From IMG/VR virus record IMGVR_UViG_3300027736_000049, positions 1 through 60,106 of that record: 60,106 nt of DNA. One strand, 5' to 3'. The translations under genes were made by a program, and so were the position numbers. The stretch's first letter is position 1; every line of letters starts with the position of its first letter. Shown piece after piece: positions 45,921-57,681 of the stretch. A model generated the notes under the pieces. That model searched no databases and was not told the origin of the DNA. It was given only the letters and a program-made list of their open reading frames with translations. Origin of the DNA: a virus. Taxonomy: Duplodnaviria; Caudoviricetes.

Positions 45921-46124
45921 ATGTTGACGTATAGTGACGCTTTCGAGCGTGAATTGCAGAAGATAATTGTGGGCGAGGTTGATCGACTACTGGAAAATCT
46001 TGGTCACGGTATGGGCGTAACGGATTACGCTAACTACATGAAAATTGTCGGTGAGATAGCGGGCCTTCGCAAGACTTTAGAGTTTTGCGAGGAAGCGCGT
46101 CTTATCGTCAGTGAACAGAGATAG
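45921..46124 (+). CDS. Hypothetical protein (portal-GroES region)
   Basis: GMGVTDYANYMKIVGEIAGL; GAGGGG RBS. Confidence 0.7.
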   Translation: MLTYSDAFERELQKIIVGEVDRLLENLGHGMGVTDYANYMKIVGEIAGLRKTLEFCEEARLIVSEQR

Positions 46125-46137
46125 AGGGGTATCTACA

Positions 46138-46509
46138 ATGGCAATGGTGATGCAGCATAACGAAGATCCGAAAGAAGAAATCTGGAAGGCGGTTGGTAAT
46201 CTTGCCGACTTCCAGTTGTTTGGGAATGAGGTTCTGGTGGCGATTTATATTCGGCCACAGAAAACTTCGTCAGGAATTTTCCTTACCGACAATTATCGTG
46301 ACGAAGACAAGTGGCAAGGCAAGATTGGCCTTGTCCTAAAGAAGGGAGGCACCTCGTTGGTTGAGTTATCCGACACGGTTAATGTCAATGAATGGGTGTT
46401 GTTCCGTCCCTCAGACGGCTGGGGGCTGACTGTTAACGGCGTGATGTGCCGCCTCTTGGATGATCGCGTCATCCGGGGCCGTCCCGCAAAACCCGACACC
46501 ATTTACTAG
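46138..46509 (+). CDS. groES: Co-chaperonin GroES-like protein
   Basis: NEVLV...QKTSSGIFL (mobile loop)...GLVLKKG...RLLDDRVIRG. Confidence 0.75.
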   Translation: MAMVMQHNEDPKEEIWKAVGNLADFQLFGNEVLVAIYIRPQKTSSGIFLTDNYRDEDKWQGKIGLVLKKGGTSLVELSDTVNVNEWVLFRPSDGWGLTVNGVMCRLLDDRVIRGRPAKPDTIY

Positions 46510-46519
46510 GAGATAACCA

Positions 46520-47410
46520 ATGGCAGAAGCCAATGAAGAACAGATTGAGATCCATCTTGATGAGCCTGAAAAGGCCAAAGAGGCGGAAATTGAAGTTGTA
46601 AAGGCTGAAGATGTTCCGGTTAAGACGAAGCCGGAGATCCCGCCTGAAGTGCGAGAGCTGAAATTCCAGCTTGAGCAGGAAAAACTGGCCCGTGCGGAGG
46701 CTGAAAAGCGCGCCCGCATGGCGTCAGAGCGTGAGTATGTGGCTAAAAATGAGGTTACAGACACCAATCTGAGCCTGATTAACAACGCCATTAGCTCCAC
46801 GCAGCAAGAAACGGGGTATCTGAAGGCCGAATACCGTGAGGCAATGGCGACTGGCGACTATGCCAGGACGGCTGAAATCCAGCAGCGCATGTCGGACAAC
46901 GCCGCGCGCCTTTTGCAGCTTGAAAACGGCAAGGATGCCTTGGAAAGGCAGGGAAGACAGGTTGCTCCGCAGTATCAGCACCCTATGGACCCTGTTGAGG
47001 CCCTTGCCGCTCAGTTAAGCCCCCGTTCTGCCAATTGGGTACGCGCTAATCCGCAGTTTGCCACTGACCCGCGCCTCTTTCAGAAGATGATTGCGGCGCA
47101 TAATCTGGCTTTGGCGGACGGTTTGCAGCCAGACACGGACGATTATTTCGCCACGGTTGAGGAAACCTTGCGCATTCGTCGTCCCGAGCCGACCTATGAA
47201 GATCCGATGGCCCAATCAGCCTCGGTAACGCAAAGACGTTCCGCCCCACCTGCTGCACCCGTGTCTAGGGGTGGCAATGGGACGGGCAGCAACCCGAACC
47301 GGGTCACATTGAGCGCCGCAGAGCGTGAAATGGCTCAGATGATGGGCATGACCAATCAGGAATACGCGCAAAACAAGCTTTCCCTTCAGAAAGAAGGCAA
47401 GCTCAACTAG
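46520..47410 (+). CDS. Capsid scaffolding protein
   Basis: Acidic coiled coil; C-terminal VTLSAAEREMAQMMGMTNQEYA; upstream of capsid gene. Confidence 0.7.
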   Translation: MAEANEEQIEIHLDEPEKAKEAEIEVVKAEDVPVKTKPEIPPEVRELKFQLEQEKLARAEAEKRARMASEREYVAKNEVTDTNLSLINNAISSTQQETGYLKAEYREAMATGDYARTAEIQQRMSDNAARLLQLENGKDALERQGRQVAPQYQHPMDPVEALAAQLSPRSANWVRANPQFATDPRLFQKMIAAHNLALADGLQPDTDDYFATVEETLRIRRPEPTYEDPMAQSASVTQRRSAPPAAPVSRGGNGTGSNPNRVTLSAAEREMAQMMGMTNQEYAQNKLSLQKEGKLN

Positions 47411-47420
47411 GAGTTGACCT

Positions 47421-47981
47421 ATGGAAACCGAAGAAACCCGCCCCGTTGGGCGTCCGCGCAGTCTTTTGGCTGGCAAGATCGCCACCAATGAGGCCGCTGC
47501 GCCTGTTGCTCGTGAAGAAAGTTCCCGTGATCGCGCAGCCCGCCGTGCGGCGGAATTGCGTGGTCATATTGGCAATATGGATCAGGGCACGGACGATTTT
47601 TTCGTCCCGCCTGAGTATATTCCCGATGGCTGGAGCTATGAGTGGAAGCGCAAGACTAATGTCGGCATGGAAGACCCTGCGTATCAGGTTTCTCTGGCCC
47701 GCATGGGCTGGGAGCCTGTTCCGGCGTCTCGCCATCCCTCGATGATGCCAGAAAGTAACAAGTATCTGATCATTGAGCGCAAGGGCATGGTCCTAATGGA
47801 GCGTCCCCTTGAGATTACGGAGGAAGCCCGTGAGATTGAAAGGCAGCGGGCCCGCAATCAGATCCGGCAGAAGGAGGCGCAGCTTGCTTCCGCCCCTGAC
47901 GGTACGCTGACGCGCGATCACGCTCAGGTTAAGCCAAAGATTTCAAAGAGTTACGCACCAATCCCAATTCCAAAGGATTGA
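47421..47981 (+). CDS. Conserved head-region hypothetical protein
   Basis: IPDGWSYEWKR, GWEPV, GMVLMERP; AGGAG RBS. Confidence 0.7.
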   Translation: METEETRPVGRPRSLLAGKIATNEAAAPVAREESSRDRAARRAAELRGHIGNMDQGTDDFFVPPEYIPDGWSYEWKRKTNVGMEDPAYQVSLARMGWEPVPASRHPSMMPESNKYLIIERKGMVLMERPLEITEEAREIERQRARNQIRQKEAQLASAPDGTLTRDHAQVKPKISKSYAPIPIPKD

Positions 47982-47996
47982 CCCAAAATGGTGTTT

Positions 47997-48020
47997 AGGG
48001 GGGCTTTTAGGCCCCCCTTT
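47997..48020 (+). terminator. Intrinsic terminator
   Basis: GGGGGC-TTTTAG-GCCCCC-TTTT. Confidence 0.7.
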
Positions 48021-48070
48021 ACATTTGTGAGGTTTTAGTCCTAAAATGGTTTCAAGGTCTTGATGATCTT

Positions 48071-48137
48071 CTTTCCCCCGTTGTGGAGAGATAACTTGCC
48101 CGTTTCCTAGTCGCCCCGTTGCGCGATGAGCGGAAAC
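48071..48137 (+). promoter_or_regulatory. 5' leader with twin hairpins sharing loop CCCGTTGY
   Basis: CTTTCC-CCCGTTGT-GGAGAG and TCGC-CCCGTTGC-GCGA, the latter inside GTTTCC/GGAAAC. Confidence 0.5.
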
Positions 48138-48159
48138 TCCCCTGAAAAAGGAGCCCGTC

Positions 48160-48750
48160 ATGGCGAACACAAACGCGCCTTTCGGTTTTGCCCAGTCCAG
48201 CGGCAATGGTTCCGCGCCGACCTATGAGCAGGTCGCGGTGACTATTGCTTACGATGCTTCCGCACTTTACTTTGGCGACCCCGTATTCCCCACCGCCGCT
48301 GGCGGCGTGGCTAAGGGCACCCCCGGCACTGACGGCATTGCCGGTGTCTTTATCGGCTGCAAGTACCTTTCGGTCGCTCAGAAGCGCACCGTGTGGTCGA
48401 ACTACTGGCCCGGTTCTGACGTTGCCGCGACCCAGACGGTCGAGGGCTACATCGTCAATGATCCGAACGCTCGGTTCGTTGCAATGGTTGGCGGTTCGTC
48501 TTCCACCGGCCTCACCGTCGCTGCGATCAACGCCAACGTCCAGTTCGCCTATGGCACGGGTAACACCGCCAACGGCCTGTCTGGCGCTTACGTTGTGTAC
48601 AACAGCGCAGATACGACTTCGACCCTTCCCTTCCGCGTTATCAGCCTCCTGACTGATCCGCCCGGCTCTGCCGGTACGGAGTCCGGCGCTTATAACCGGG
48701 TCATTGTTGGCTTCAACAATGTCACAACCAAGTCCCTCACGGGCATCTAA
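48160..48750 (+). CDS. Capsid decoration / cement protein
   Basis: MANTNAPFGF start, GDPV, GVFIGC; directly before the major capsid gene. Confidence 0.65.
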   Translation: MANTNAPFGFAQSSGNGSAPTYEQVAVTIAYDASALYFGDPVFPTAAGGVAKGTPGTDGIAGVFIGCKYLSVAQKRTVWSNYWPGSDVAATQTVEGYIVNDPNARFVAMVGGSSSTGLTVAAINANVQFAYGTGNTANGLSGAYVVYNSADTTSTLPFRVISLLTDPPGSAGTESGAYNRVIVGFNNVTTKSLTGI

Positions 48751-48762
48751 GGAGTAGGATCA

Positions 48763-49674
48763 ATGGCTGTTAATCTCTCAGCGATTAAAGACCTTCTCCT
48801 CCCCGGTCTCCGTGGAATTGAAGGCAAGTACGAGCAGATCCCGTCGCAGTACGACAAGATCTTCACGAAGCACGACTCCAAGATGGCGCTGGAGCGTACC
48901 GCTGAAATGCGTTACCTCGGCCTCGCCCAGCTCAAGACCGAAGGCGGCCAGACCTCCTTCGACAACTCGGCTGGCGAACGCTACGTCTACAATCAGGAGC
49001 ACACCGAGATCGCTCTCGGCTACGCCATCACCCGCAAGGCGATTGATGACAACCTGTACAAGACACAGTTCCATCCGTCGAACCTCGGTCTGATCGAGTC
49101 CTTTCAGCAGACCAAGGAAATCTACGGCGCGAACGTGCTGAACACCGCCACGACCTACAATGCGGCCATCGGCGGTGACGGCAAGGCTCTGTGCGCTACT
49201 GACCACCCCATCGACGGTGGCACGGTTGCGAACACCCCCACTGTGCAGGTTGACCTCAATGAGTCCACCCTGCTCAACGGCATGATCGCTATCCGTACAA
49301 ACTTCAAGGATCAGGCTGGTCTGAAGGTGTTCGCTCGCGGTCGCAAGCTCGTGGTTCCCCCGCAGCTTGAGCCTGTCGCTATCCGTCTGACCAAGACTGA
49401 GCTGCGTCCCGGCACTGCGGACAACGACGTGAACGCAATCCTTACAACGGCAGGTGGCCTTCCCGAGGGCTACATGGTCAACGACTTCTTGACCTCCGCC
49501 TCTGCTTGGTTCTTGCTGACCAACATTGACGGCCTGTCGTACATGGAGCGCGTTTCCTTCGAAACCGACATGCAAGTCGATTTTGTGACCGATAACCTTC
49601 TCGTTAAGGGTTATGAGCGTTACAGCTTCGCCTACTACAACTTCCGTGCGATCTTCGGAAGTTTCCCGACCTAA
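48763..49674 (+). CDS. Major capsid protein (Mu gpT-like, HK97 fold)
   Basis: LLPGL, KTEGG, AITRKAIDDNLY, GDGKALCATDHP, LVVPPQL, ERYSF; strong codon bias; AAGGAG RBS. Confidence 0.92.
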   Translation: MAVNLSAIKDLLLPGLRGIEGKYEQIPSQYDKIFTKHDSKMALERTAEMRYLGLAQLKTEGGQTSFDNSAGERYVYNQEHTEIALGYAITRKAIDDNLYKTQFHPSNLGLIESFQQTKEIYGANVLNTATTYNAAIGGDGKALCATDHPIDGGTVANTPTVQVDLNESTLLNGMIAIRTNFKDQAGLKVFARGRKLVVPPQLEPVAIRLTKTELRPGTADNDVNAILTTAGGLPEGYMVNDFLTSASAWFLLTNIDGLSYMERVSFETDMQVDFVTDNLLVKGYERYSFAYYNFRAIFGSFPT

Positions 49675-49682
49675 TGCCAATG

Positions 49683-49707
49683 GGCGGGGCCAAAAGCCCC
49701 GCCTTTT
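49683..49707 (+). terminator. Intrinsic terminator after major capsid gene
   Basis: GGCGGGGC-CAAAA-GCCCCGCC-TTTT. Confidence 0.85.
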
Positions 49708-49709
49708 AT

Positions 49710-49780
49710 CTAGGGTTTACAGTCGCGTTGACCGACCTAGCGGACGCTGCACACGACAACGCGACAACTTGTGCAGGAGG
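49710..49780 (+). ncRNA. Pseudoknotted RNA element, candidate Mu-gpT-DE motif
   Basis: Three perfect crossing helices downstream of a gpT-like capsid gene; family identity not verified. Confidence 0.55.
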
Positions 49781-49785
49781 CCATC

Positions 49786-50238
49786 ATGGCTATTACTACT
49801 TTCACCGGCCCTATCAAGGCGGGCAATGTTCTGAACACGACCGGCACCACAGCCGGTACGGTTAAGAATGTTGGCTTCGTTGCTATGGCCCAGACCGCAT
49901 CTATCACGCAGGCGGGTTCCGCCACTGCGTATAAGACCGCCATCTGCATCCCGGCCTACAGCCACATCTTGAACATTCAGTTCTTGACAACGGTTGCTTG
50001 GAACGGCGCTGCGGCAACGGTTAGCATCGGCACTAGCGCCACTTCGACGGAGCTTGTTGTTGGGCAAAGCCTTGGCACCATCGGGCAAGCTTCGGCTGGT
50101 CCCGGCGCTGATGCAACTCGCACGGCCCTTTGGACAAACACCGGCTCGACGGACGTGATCATTTACGTTCTGTCTGCCAACACTGGTGCGGGCGTTGGCG
50201 ACATTGTTGTTCGCTATCTCCAAGCCGAAAACGCTTAA
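49786..50238 (+). CDS. Virion structural protein
   Basis: MAITTFTGPIKAG start; beta-rich; GGAGG RBS. Confidence 0.7.
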   Translation: MAITTFTGPIKAGNVLNTTGTTAGTVKNVGFVAMAQTASITQAGSATAYKTAICIPAYSHILNIQFLTTVAWNGAAATVSIGTSATSTELVVGQSLGTIGQASAGPGADATRTALWTNTGSTDVIIYVLSANTGAGVGDIVVRYLQAENA

Positions 50239-50259
50239 TCTCAGCCATAGGAGGCTACT

Positions 50260-50547
50260 ATGAAGGGTCGTAAGAAGCGTGAAGAGGGTGGTCGTAATCT
50301 GGCTGCCGAGGATGTCAACAAGAAGAACATGTCCTACACCTATGAGAATAAAGTTGGCCCTGCCGCTGAAGAGCGTAAGGCTGGCGGCAAGGTGAAGGGT
50401 GACAAGGCTATGTCCAATGCCGGTCGCAAGCCCCGCAAGTCCGGTGGCCGCGCTGGTTCGGATCAGAGCCCGTTCTCGTCTGCTCTCAAGGGCACGGCTC
50501 CCAAGGGCCGTTCGCTCGACAAGATTACGATGGGAACAAACATCTAA
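50260..50547 (+). CDS. Small basic KxGG-motif protein
   Basis: EEGGR, RKAGGKV, RKPRKSGGR; GGAGG RBS. Confidence 0.75.
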   Translation: MKGRKKREEGGRNLAAEDVNKKNMSYTYENKVGPAAEERKAGGKVKGDKAMSNAGRKPRKSGGRAGSDQSPFSSALKGTAPKGRSLDKITMGTNI

Positions 50548-50574
50548 GTTGCGTACTTAGTGTCAGTGTAACGG

Positions 50575-50599
50575 ACGGGGGCCTCAGTGCCCCCGTTTT
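50575..50599 (+). terminator. Intrinsic terminator
   Basis: ACGGGGGC-CTCAGT-GCCCCCGT-TTT. Confidence 0.7.
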
Positions 50600-50615
50600 A
50601 CCATGAGGGGCGAAA

Positions 50616-50855
50616 ATGGCTGGAGCTTGGACGCGCAAAGAGGGTAAAGCCCCGTCTGGTGGGCTGAACGAAAAGGGCCGGGCGTCTCTCAGGGCGCAGG
50701 GCCATGACATCAAGCGCCCCCAGCCAGAAGGGGGTTCGCGAAAAGAGAGCTTCTGTGCTAGGATGACTGGGATGAAGCGAAAGCTGACTGGCTCCGCCAA
50801 GGCGGCAGATCCTGACAGTCGCATCAACAAGTCACTTCGAAAGTGGGATTGCTGA
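50616..50855 (+). CDS. Small basic phage protein (DUF6321-like)
   Basis: AWTRKEGK.PSGGLNEKGR...SFCARM...SLRKWDC. Confidence 0.75.
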   Translation: MAGAWTRKEGKAPSGGLNEKGRASLRAQGHDIKRPQPEGGSRKESFCARMTGMKRKLTGSAKAADPDSRINKSLRKWDC

Positions 50856-50856
50856 C

Positions 50857-51018
50857 GTGGACAAACCATTCTGGGAAAAAGAAGCCCCGAAAGATGCCAA
50901 AGTTAAGCATCTGGATCGCAAGCACAAGCAGTCTGCCAAGGCTATGGCGCGCGCGGCTGGTCGGCCTTATCCGAATTTGGTCGATAATGCCGCAGCGTCT
51001 CGCATGAAGGGAAAGTAA
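50857..51018 (+). CDS. 53-aa basic protein (not in ORF track)
   Basis: GTG start; KPFWEK...AKAMARAAGRPYPNLVDN; fills the gap between neighbours. Confidence 0.7.
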   Translation: MDKPFWEKEAPKDAKVKHLDRKHKQSAKAMARAAGRPYPNLVDNAAASRMKGK

Positions 51019-51020
51019 AC

Positions 51021-51368
51021 ATGCAGCCGATTACAGTTTCCACCACCGACGCCTCTGGCGGAACCACCTACAGCCGCTCGGTTCGCATGGATAGCTGGGC
51101 CAATGCTCAGACCATCATTCAGGTGAACGTCACGGGAAGTGCGACTTACACGGTCGAGACCTCGATGGACGACCCCAACAGCCCCACCAATCCCGTTGCA
51201 GTGGCCAGTATGGTTTGGGTTAACTGCGCCGACAGCGCCGTTGTTGCCAAGACTGCCAGCGCACAGGGCGTTGTGGTGGCTACGCCTACGTTCATCCGCA
51301 TCAAGCAGACGGCGGGCGCTGGCTCGACAACGATGACGCTCGCGCAATTTGGTAATGCCCCTTACTAA
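51021..51368 (+). CDS. Hypothetical virion protein
   Basis: Beta-rich 115 aa in late operon. Confidence 0.65.
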   Translation: MQPITVSTTDASGGTTYSRSVRMDSWANAQTIIQVNVTGSATYTVETSMDDPNSPTNPVAVASMVWVNCADSAVVAKTASAQGVVVATPTFIRIKQTAGAGSTTMTLAQFGNAPY

Positions 51369-51376
51369 GGTGAGCC

Positions 51377-52069
51377 ATGACGACCAGCGGAACATACACG
51401 TTCAATCCGTCGCTTGGTGAGCTTGTCATCTATGCGTTCAATCTGTGTGGGCTTCGGGGCACGAGTGTGCTTCAGGAGCATATGCAGAGCGCCAGAATGG
51501 CAAGCAACATGTTGCTGTCCCGCTGGGCGAACCAAGGGGTCAATTTGTGGAAAGTTGACCTTGTGACGGTTGCGCTTGTCACTGGGCAAGCCACCTACAC
51601 CGTAGACGCCAACACTGTCGTCATGCTCGACGCCTACGTCACCAATGACCAGACCGGCGAAAACATCGACCGCATTATCATGCCCGTCAGCCGCACGGAG
51701 TATGCGAGCTACCCAAACAAGGAGCAGCAGGGTTTTCCGACTGTTTTTTGGTTTGATCGCCTGCTGTCCCCGACTGTGACGCTTTGGCCTGTTCCCAATG
51801 TCGATAATGGTCCAAGTACCCTTAGTTATTATCGGGTAACGCAGATACAGGACTCCAACCTGTCCAGCGGTCAGACGGTGGACATACCCTATTTGTGGAT
51901 GGAGGCGTTCGCCTATGGATTGGCGACCCGGCTATCTCAGATATGGGCTCCAGACAAGCTGGCGCTCCTGAAGCCGTTTGCTGACGAAGCTTATGCCATT
52001 GCGGCGGAACAGAACGTAGAGCAGGCAAATACGTACATCTCCCCCATGATTAGCGGCTACTTTAGATGA
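51377..52069 (+). CDS. Head-tail adaptor-like protein
   Basis: MTTSGTYTF, WANQGVNLW, SRTEYASYPNK..QGFP, LWPVP, EAFAYGLA. Confidence 0.6.
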   Translation: MTTSGTYTFNPSLGELVIYAFNLCGLRGTSVLQEHMQSARMASNMLLSRWANQGVNLWKVDLVTVALVTGQATYTVDANTVVMLDAYVTNDQTGENIDRIIMPVSRTEYASYPNKEQQGFPTVFWFDRLLSPTVTLWPVPNVDNGPSTLSYYRVTQIQDSNLSSGQTVDIPYLWMEAFAYGLATRLSQIWAPDKLALLKPFADEAYAIAAEQNVEQANTYISPMISGYFR

Positions 52070-52719
52070 CAAATTTTTATGTCTATGAACATTGGAGAAC
52101 TGATAGGGACGAATGCTTTTACGTTGGTAAAGGGCATGGTAGTCGCGCGTATGATATGCGGCGGCGCAACAATTACCATAAAGCCATCGTAAACAAAGTT
52201 CGTAAATTTGGTTTTGCCATTGAGGTAAAAATTGTTGCGTCAAATTTATTTGAAGAAGAAGCTTATCGTTTGGAAGTTGAGCAAATTCAATTTTGGAAAA
52301 GCTCAAACATTGAATTAGCCAATTTATCTTCCGGCGGCAGGGGTGGCTCTAGCGGCGTAAAAGCATCTGAAGAAAAACGCAAAAAAATATCTGAAAGCTT
52401 GAAAGGGCACAAAGTTTCCAGTGAGCAAAAAAAGAAGCATTCAGAGACATATAAAAAAAATATGACGCAAGAACGTAGAGAAGATTTGCGTCAAAGAGGT
52501 TTGAAAAATGTAAATGTGTTCAAAGAGTATCAAATGATGGGCCCGCGCGCTTCATCAAAAAAAGTCATGTGCGTGGATGACAATAAAGAGTTTGAATCTG
52601 CATCAGCAGCAGCGCGGTTTTACAAAACTGCTAAATCCGCGATAATAGAATTGTGCAATGGTCAAAAGAACCGAAAAACTGTTAAGGGAAAAGTTTTTAC
52701 GTACTTAGAGGAGTCGTAA
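52066..52719 (+). CDS. Free-standing GIY-YIG-like homing endonuclease with NUMOD3-like motifs
   Basis: YVYEH...FYVGKG...R; EEEAYRLE; SEEKRKKISESLKG; AT-rich. Confidence 0.8.
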   Translation: MTNFYVYEHWRTDRDECFYVGKGHGSRAYDMRRRNNYHKAIVNKVRKFGFAIEVKIVASNLFEEEAYRLEVEQIQFWKSSNIELANLSSGGRGGSSGVKASEEKRKKISESLKGHKVSSEQKKKHSETYKKNMTQERREDLRQRGLKNVNVFKEYQMMGPRASSKKVMCVDDNKEFESASAAARFYKTAKSAIIELCNGQKNRKTVKGKVFTYLEES

Positions 52720-53452
52720 TGGCATATGCTTCGCAATCCGGTAGGGCGCGAACAAGCGCAACAAACCCGCAAGCTTTTGCTGTATGCGACCGTTGCGCTA
52801 TTTGGGCTAATCACGTTGATTTGCGTTGGCAGTATGATTGGGCGGGCGCTTCGCTCATTAACAAGCGCATCCTTGTTTGCAGCAATTGCTATGACAATCC
52901 GCAAGAACAACTGCGCGCCATTGTGTTGCCCGCAGATCCGACGCCCATCATGAATGCCCGCGTTGAGCCCTACGCTTGGGACGAAGTGGATCGTCGTCAG
53001 GTGTCTGGCTATGACACAACAAATTCAACGACGGGTATCCCTGTTCAGGCCGGCCCCATTCGCGTTACGTCGCTTGACGATGAGGCGACTGAGGACAAGC
53101 GCGTCACGCAACAGACCGGCGAGGCTCCATATGGGACCAATCAGCTCCCCGGCACTGATCCTAATGCCGTGACCTATCGAAACATCGTGAATGTTGCTAA
53201 TAATGGCATTGGGGCCATTCGGGTGACGGTTAGCCTCACTTCTGGCTTCATATCCGGCCAAAGAGTGATCATTCAGGAAGTTGAGGGGGTCACTAATGCC
53301 AATGGACGCTGGACCATCACGGTCATCAATCAGACCCAGTTTGACCTTCGAAACTCGACTTATTCGGGTACTTACACGTCTGGCGGGTATGTTATCAATG
53401 ATCCCAGCCTGCCGCCCGGCTTCACTGAAATTCCGAGGACGGGACCGCTCTG

Positions 53453-53453
<1 letters not shown>
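52719..53453 (+). CDS. Hypothetical protein with N-terminal CxxC...CxxC and C-terminal beta domain
   Basis: CDRC...VCSNCYD.PQEQL. Confidence 0.7.
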
Positions 53454-56170
<2,717 letters not shown>

Positions 56171-56180
56171 GGGATAACAG

Positions 56181-56816
56181 ATGACCATCTCTCGCAACAT
56201 ATCAGTCATGGCGCAGGGTGCTAGTAGCTCTGGCATTCTCGCTGGCGGCTACGGCGGGCTTGGCGCAAGCGTGTCGCCAACGACTGCTGGCAATGTGCTG
56301 TTCACTGCGGACGGGTCGGTGTGGTCTTCTACGCAGAAGATTGTGCAGGGCACTTCTGTGGCGTCCACAAGCGGAACCAGCATTGCGTTTACTGCATTGC
56401 CCGCTTGGGTGAAGCGCATCACAATACAGTTTCAGGGCGTCAGCACTAGCGGCTCTTCCAATATGTTAGCGCAGCTTGGTACTGGTGCTACTCCAACCTA
56501 CACGACATCTGGATATATCGGAGCCAGAGCAACCATCTTCAACGCCAACTCCACTACTGCTACCGTGTATTCTGCGGGATACCTTATCGGCGACGGATTT
56601 GGTGCAGCATATTTGCTTCATGGAACGATGGTTATCACAAATTTAACTGGCAACACTTGGGTAGAAAGCCATTCAATGGGCAGAAGCGATAATGCCATGG
56701 CAAATGTTGGCGGCGGATCTATAGCTCTTGGCGCGGCACTCACCGCCGTTCGCCTTACCACCGTCAACGGCACCGACACCTTCGACGCAGGCAGCGTCAA
56801 CATTCTCTACGAATAG
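56181..56816 (+). CDS. Fibre-associated beta-sandwich protein
   Basis: TSGTSIAFTALPAWVKRITI...DTFDAGSVNILYE. Confidence 0.65.
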   Translation: MTISRNISVMAQGASSSGILAGGYGGLGASVSPTTAGNVLFTADGSVWSSTQKIVQGTSVASTSGTSIAFTALPAWVKRITIQFQGVSTSGSSNMLAQLGTGATPTYTTSGYIGARATIFNANSTTATVYSAGYLIGDGFGAAYLLHGTMVITNLTGNTWVESHSMGRSDNAMANVGGGSIALGAALTAVRLTTVNGTDTFDAGSVNILYE

Positions 56817-56825
56817 GGGGCACAT

Positions 56826-57020
56826 ATGGAACGCATAGAGGTCAACGTCGAGACTGGTGAAGTCACGGTCATCCAGTACACGCCAGAGGAAGAGGCTGCT
56901 GCGCTGGCCTATGCTGCGTCTCTGCCCGCACCCGAAGAGCCCGCCAAGCCGACGCTGGAGCAGCTTCAGGCGCAGCTTACGGCTATCTCTGCGCAGATGC
57001 AGTCGCTGGCGGCTGGTTAA
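56826..57020 (+). CDS. Small tail-fibre assembly-like protein
   Basis: RIEVNVETGEV...YTPEEEA...PTLEQLQAQL; AGGGGG RBS. Confidence 0.6.
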   Translation: MERIEVNVETGEVTVIQYTPEEEAAALAYAASLPAPEEPAKPTLEQLQAQLTAISAQMQSLAAG

Positions 57021-57077
57021 GTGAAACTAGATTTTTGTGTTGGTTTCGGAGTAAGATAGGGGAACGGAGTCCCGTTA

Positions 57078-57671
57078 ATGGCCAATCAGCAGATCCCAAA
57101 CTTGCCAGCAGCTATCTCCCTCGGCGGGGCCGAGGAGGTTGAGGTTGTGCAGGCTGGCGTCTCGCGCCGGGCCACAACGCAGCAAATTGCTGACTTAAAG
57201 GGTATCGGACCTACGGGCCCCACGGGCAGCATTGGCTTGTCGGGGCCCACCGGGCCCACGGGAACAGTTGGGCCAACGGGGGCATTTGGGGGACCTACCG
57301 GGCCTACGGGCGTTGCCGGGCCTACTGGACCCACGGGGCCTACAGGGCAGTTAGGGGCTACGGGGCCCACGGGTTTGGGGGCTACCGGCCCCACAGGACC
57401 AACTGGCGCGGCCTCAACAGCCGCTGGACCTACTGGTCCTACGGGGGCCGGAACAACAGGCCCGACCGGCCCAACAGGGGCTGGGTCATCGGTAGCAGGG
57501 CCTACCGGGCCTACGGGAAGTGCCGGAGCCAACGGGGCCGCTGGACCTACGGGGCCAACTGGGGCAAACTCAACGGTAGCAGGGCCTACTGGCCCAACTG
57601 GGGCCACTGGTCCGACAGGTAGTGTATCCAACGCAACGGCGATCCAGTTCGCCATTCTATTCGGACTTTAG
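57078..57671 (+). CDS. Short collagen-like fibre protein
   Basis: GPT repeats; N-terminus paralogous to 53453; hydrophobic end [10 protein letters not shown]. Confidence 0.85.
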   Translation: MANQQIPNLPAAISLGGAEEVEVVQAGVSRRATTQQIADLKGIGPTGPTGSIGLSGPTGPTGTVGPTGAFGGPTGPTGVAGPTGPTGPTGQLGATGPTGLGATGPTGPTGAASTAAGPTGPTGAGTTGPTGPTGAGSSVAGPTGPTGSAGANGAAGPTGPTGANSTVAGPTGPTGATGPTGSVSNATAIQFAILFGL

Positions 57672-57681
57672 GAGAACCGCC

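Noticed and set aside
48778-49680. 300-aa antisense ORF opposite the major capsid gene
   Set aside because: Codon-register mirror of a strongly biased gene; no RBS or recognisable motif.
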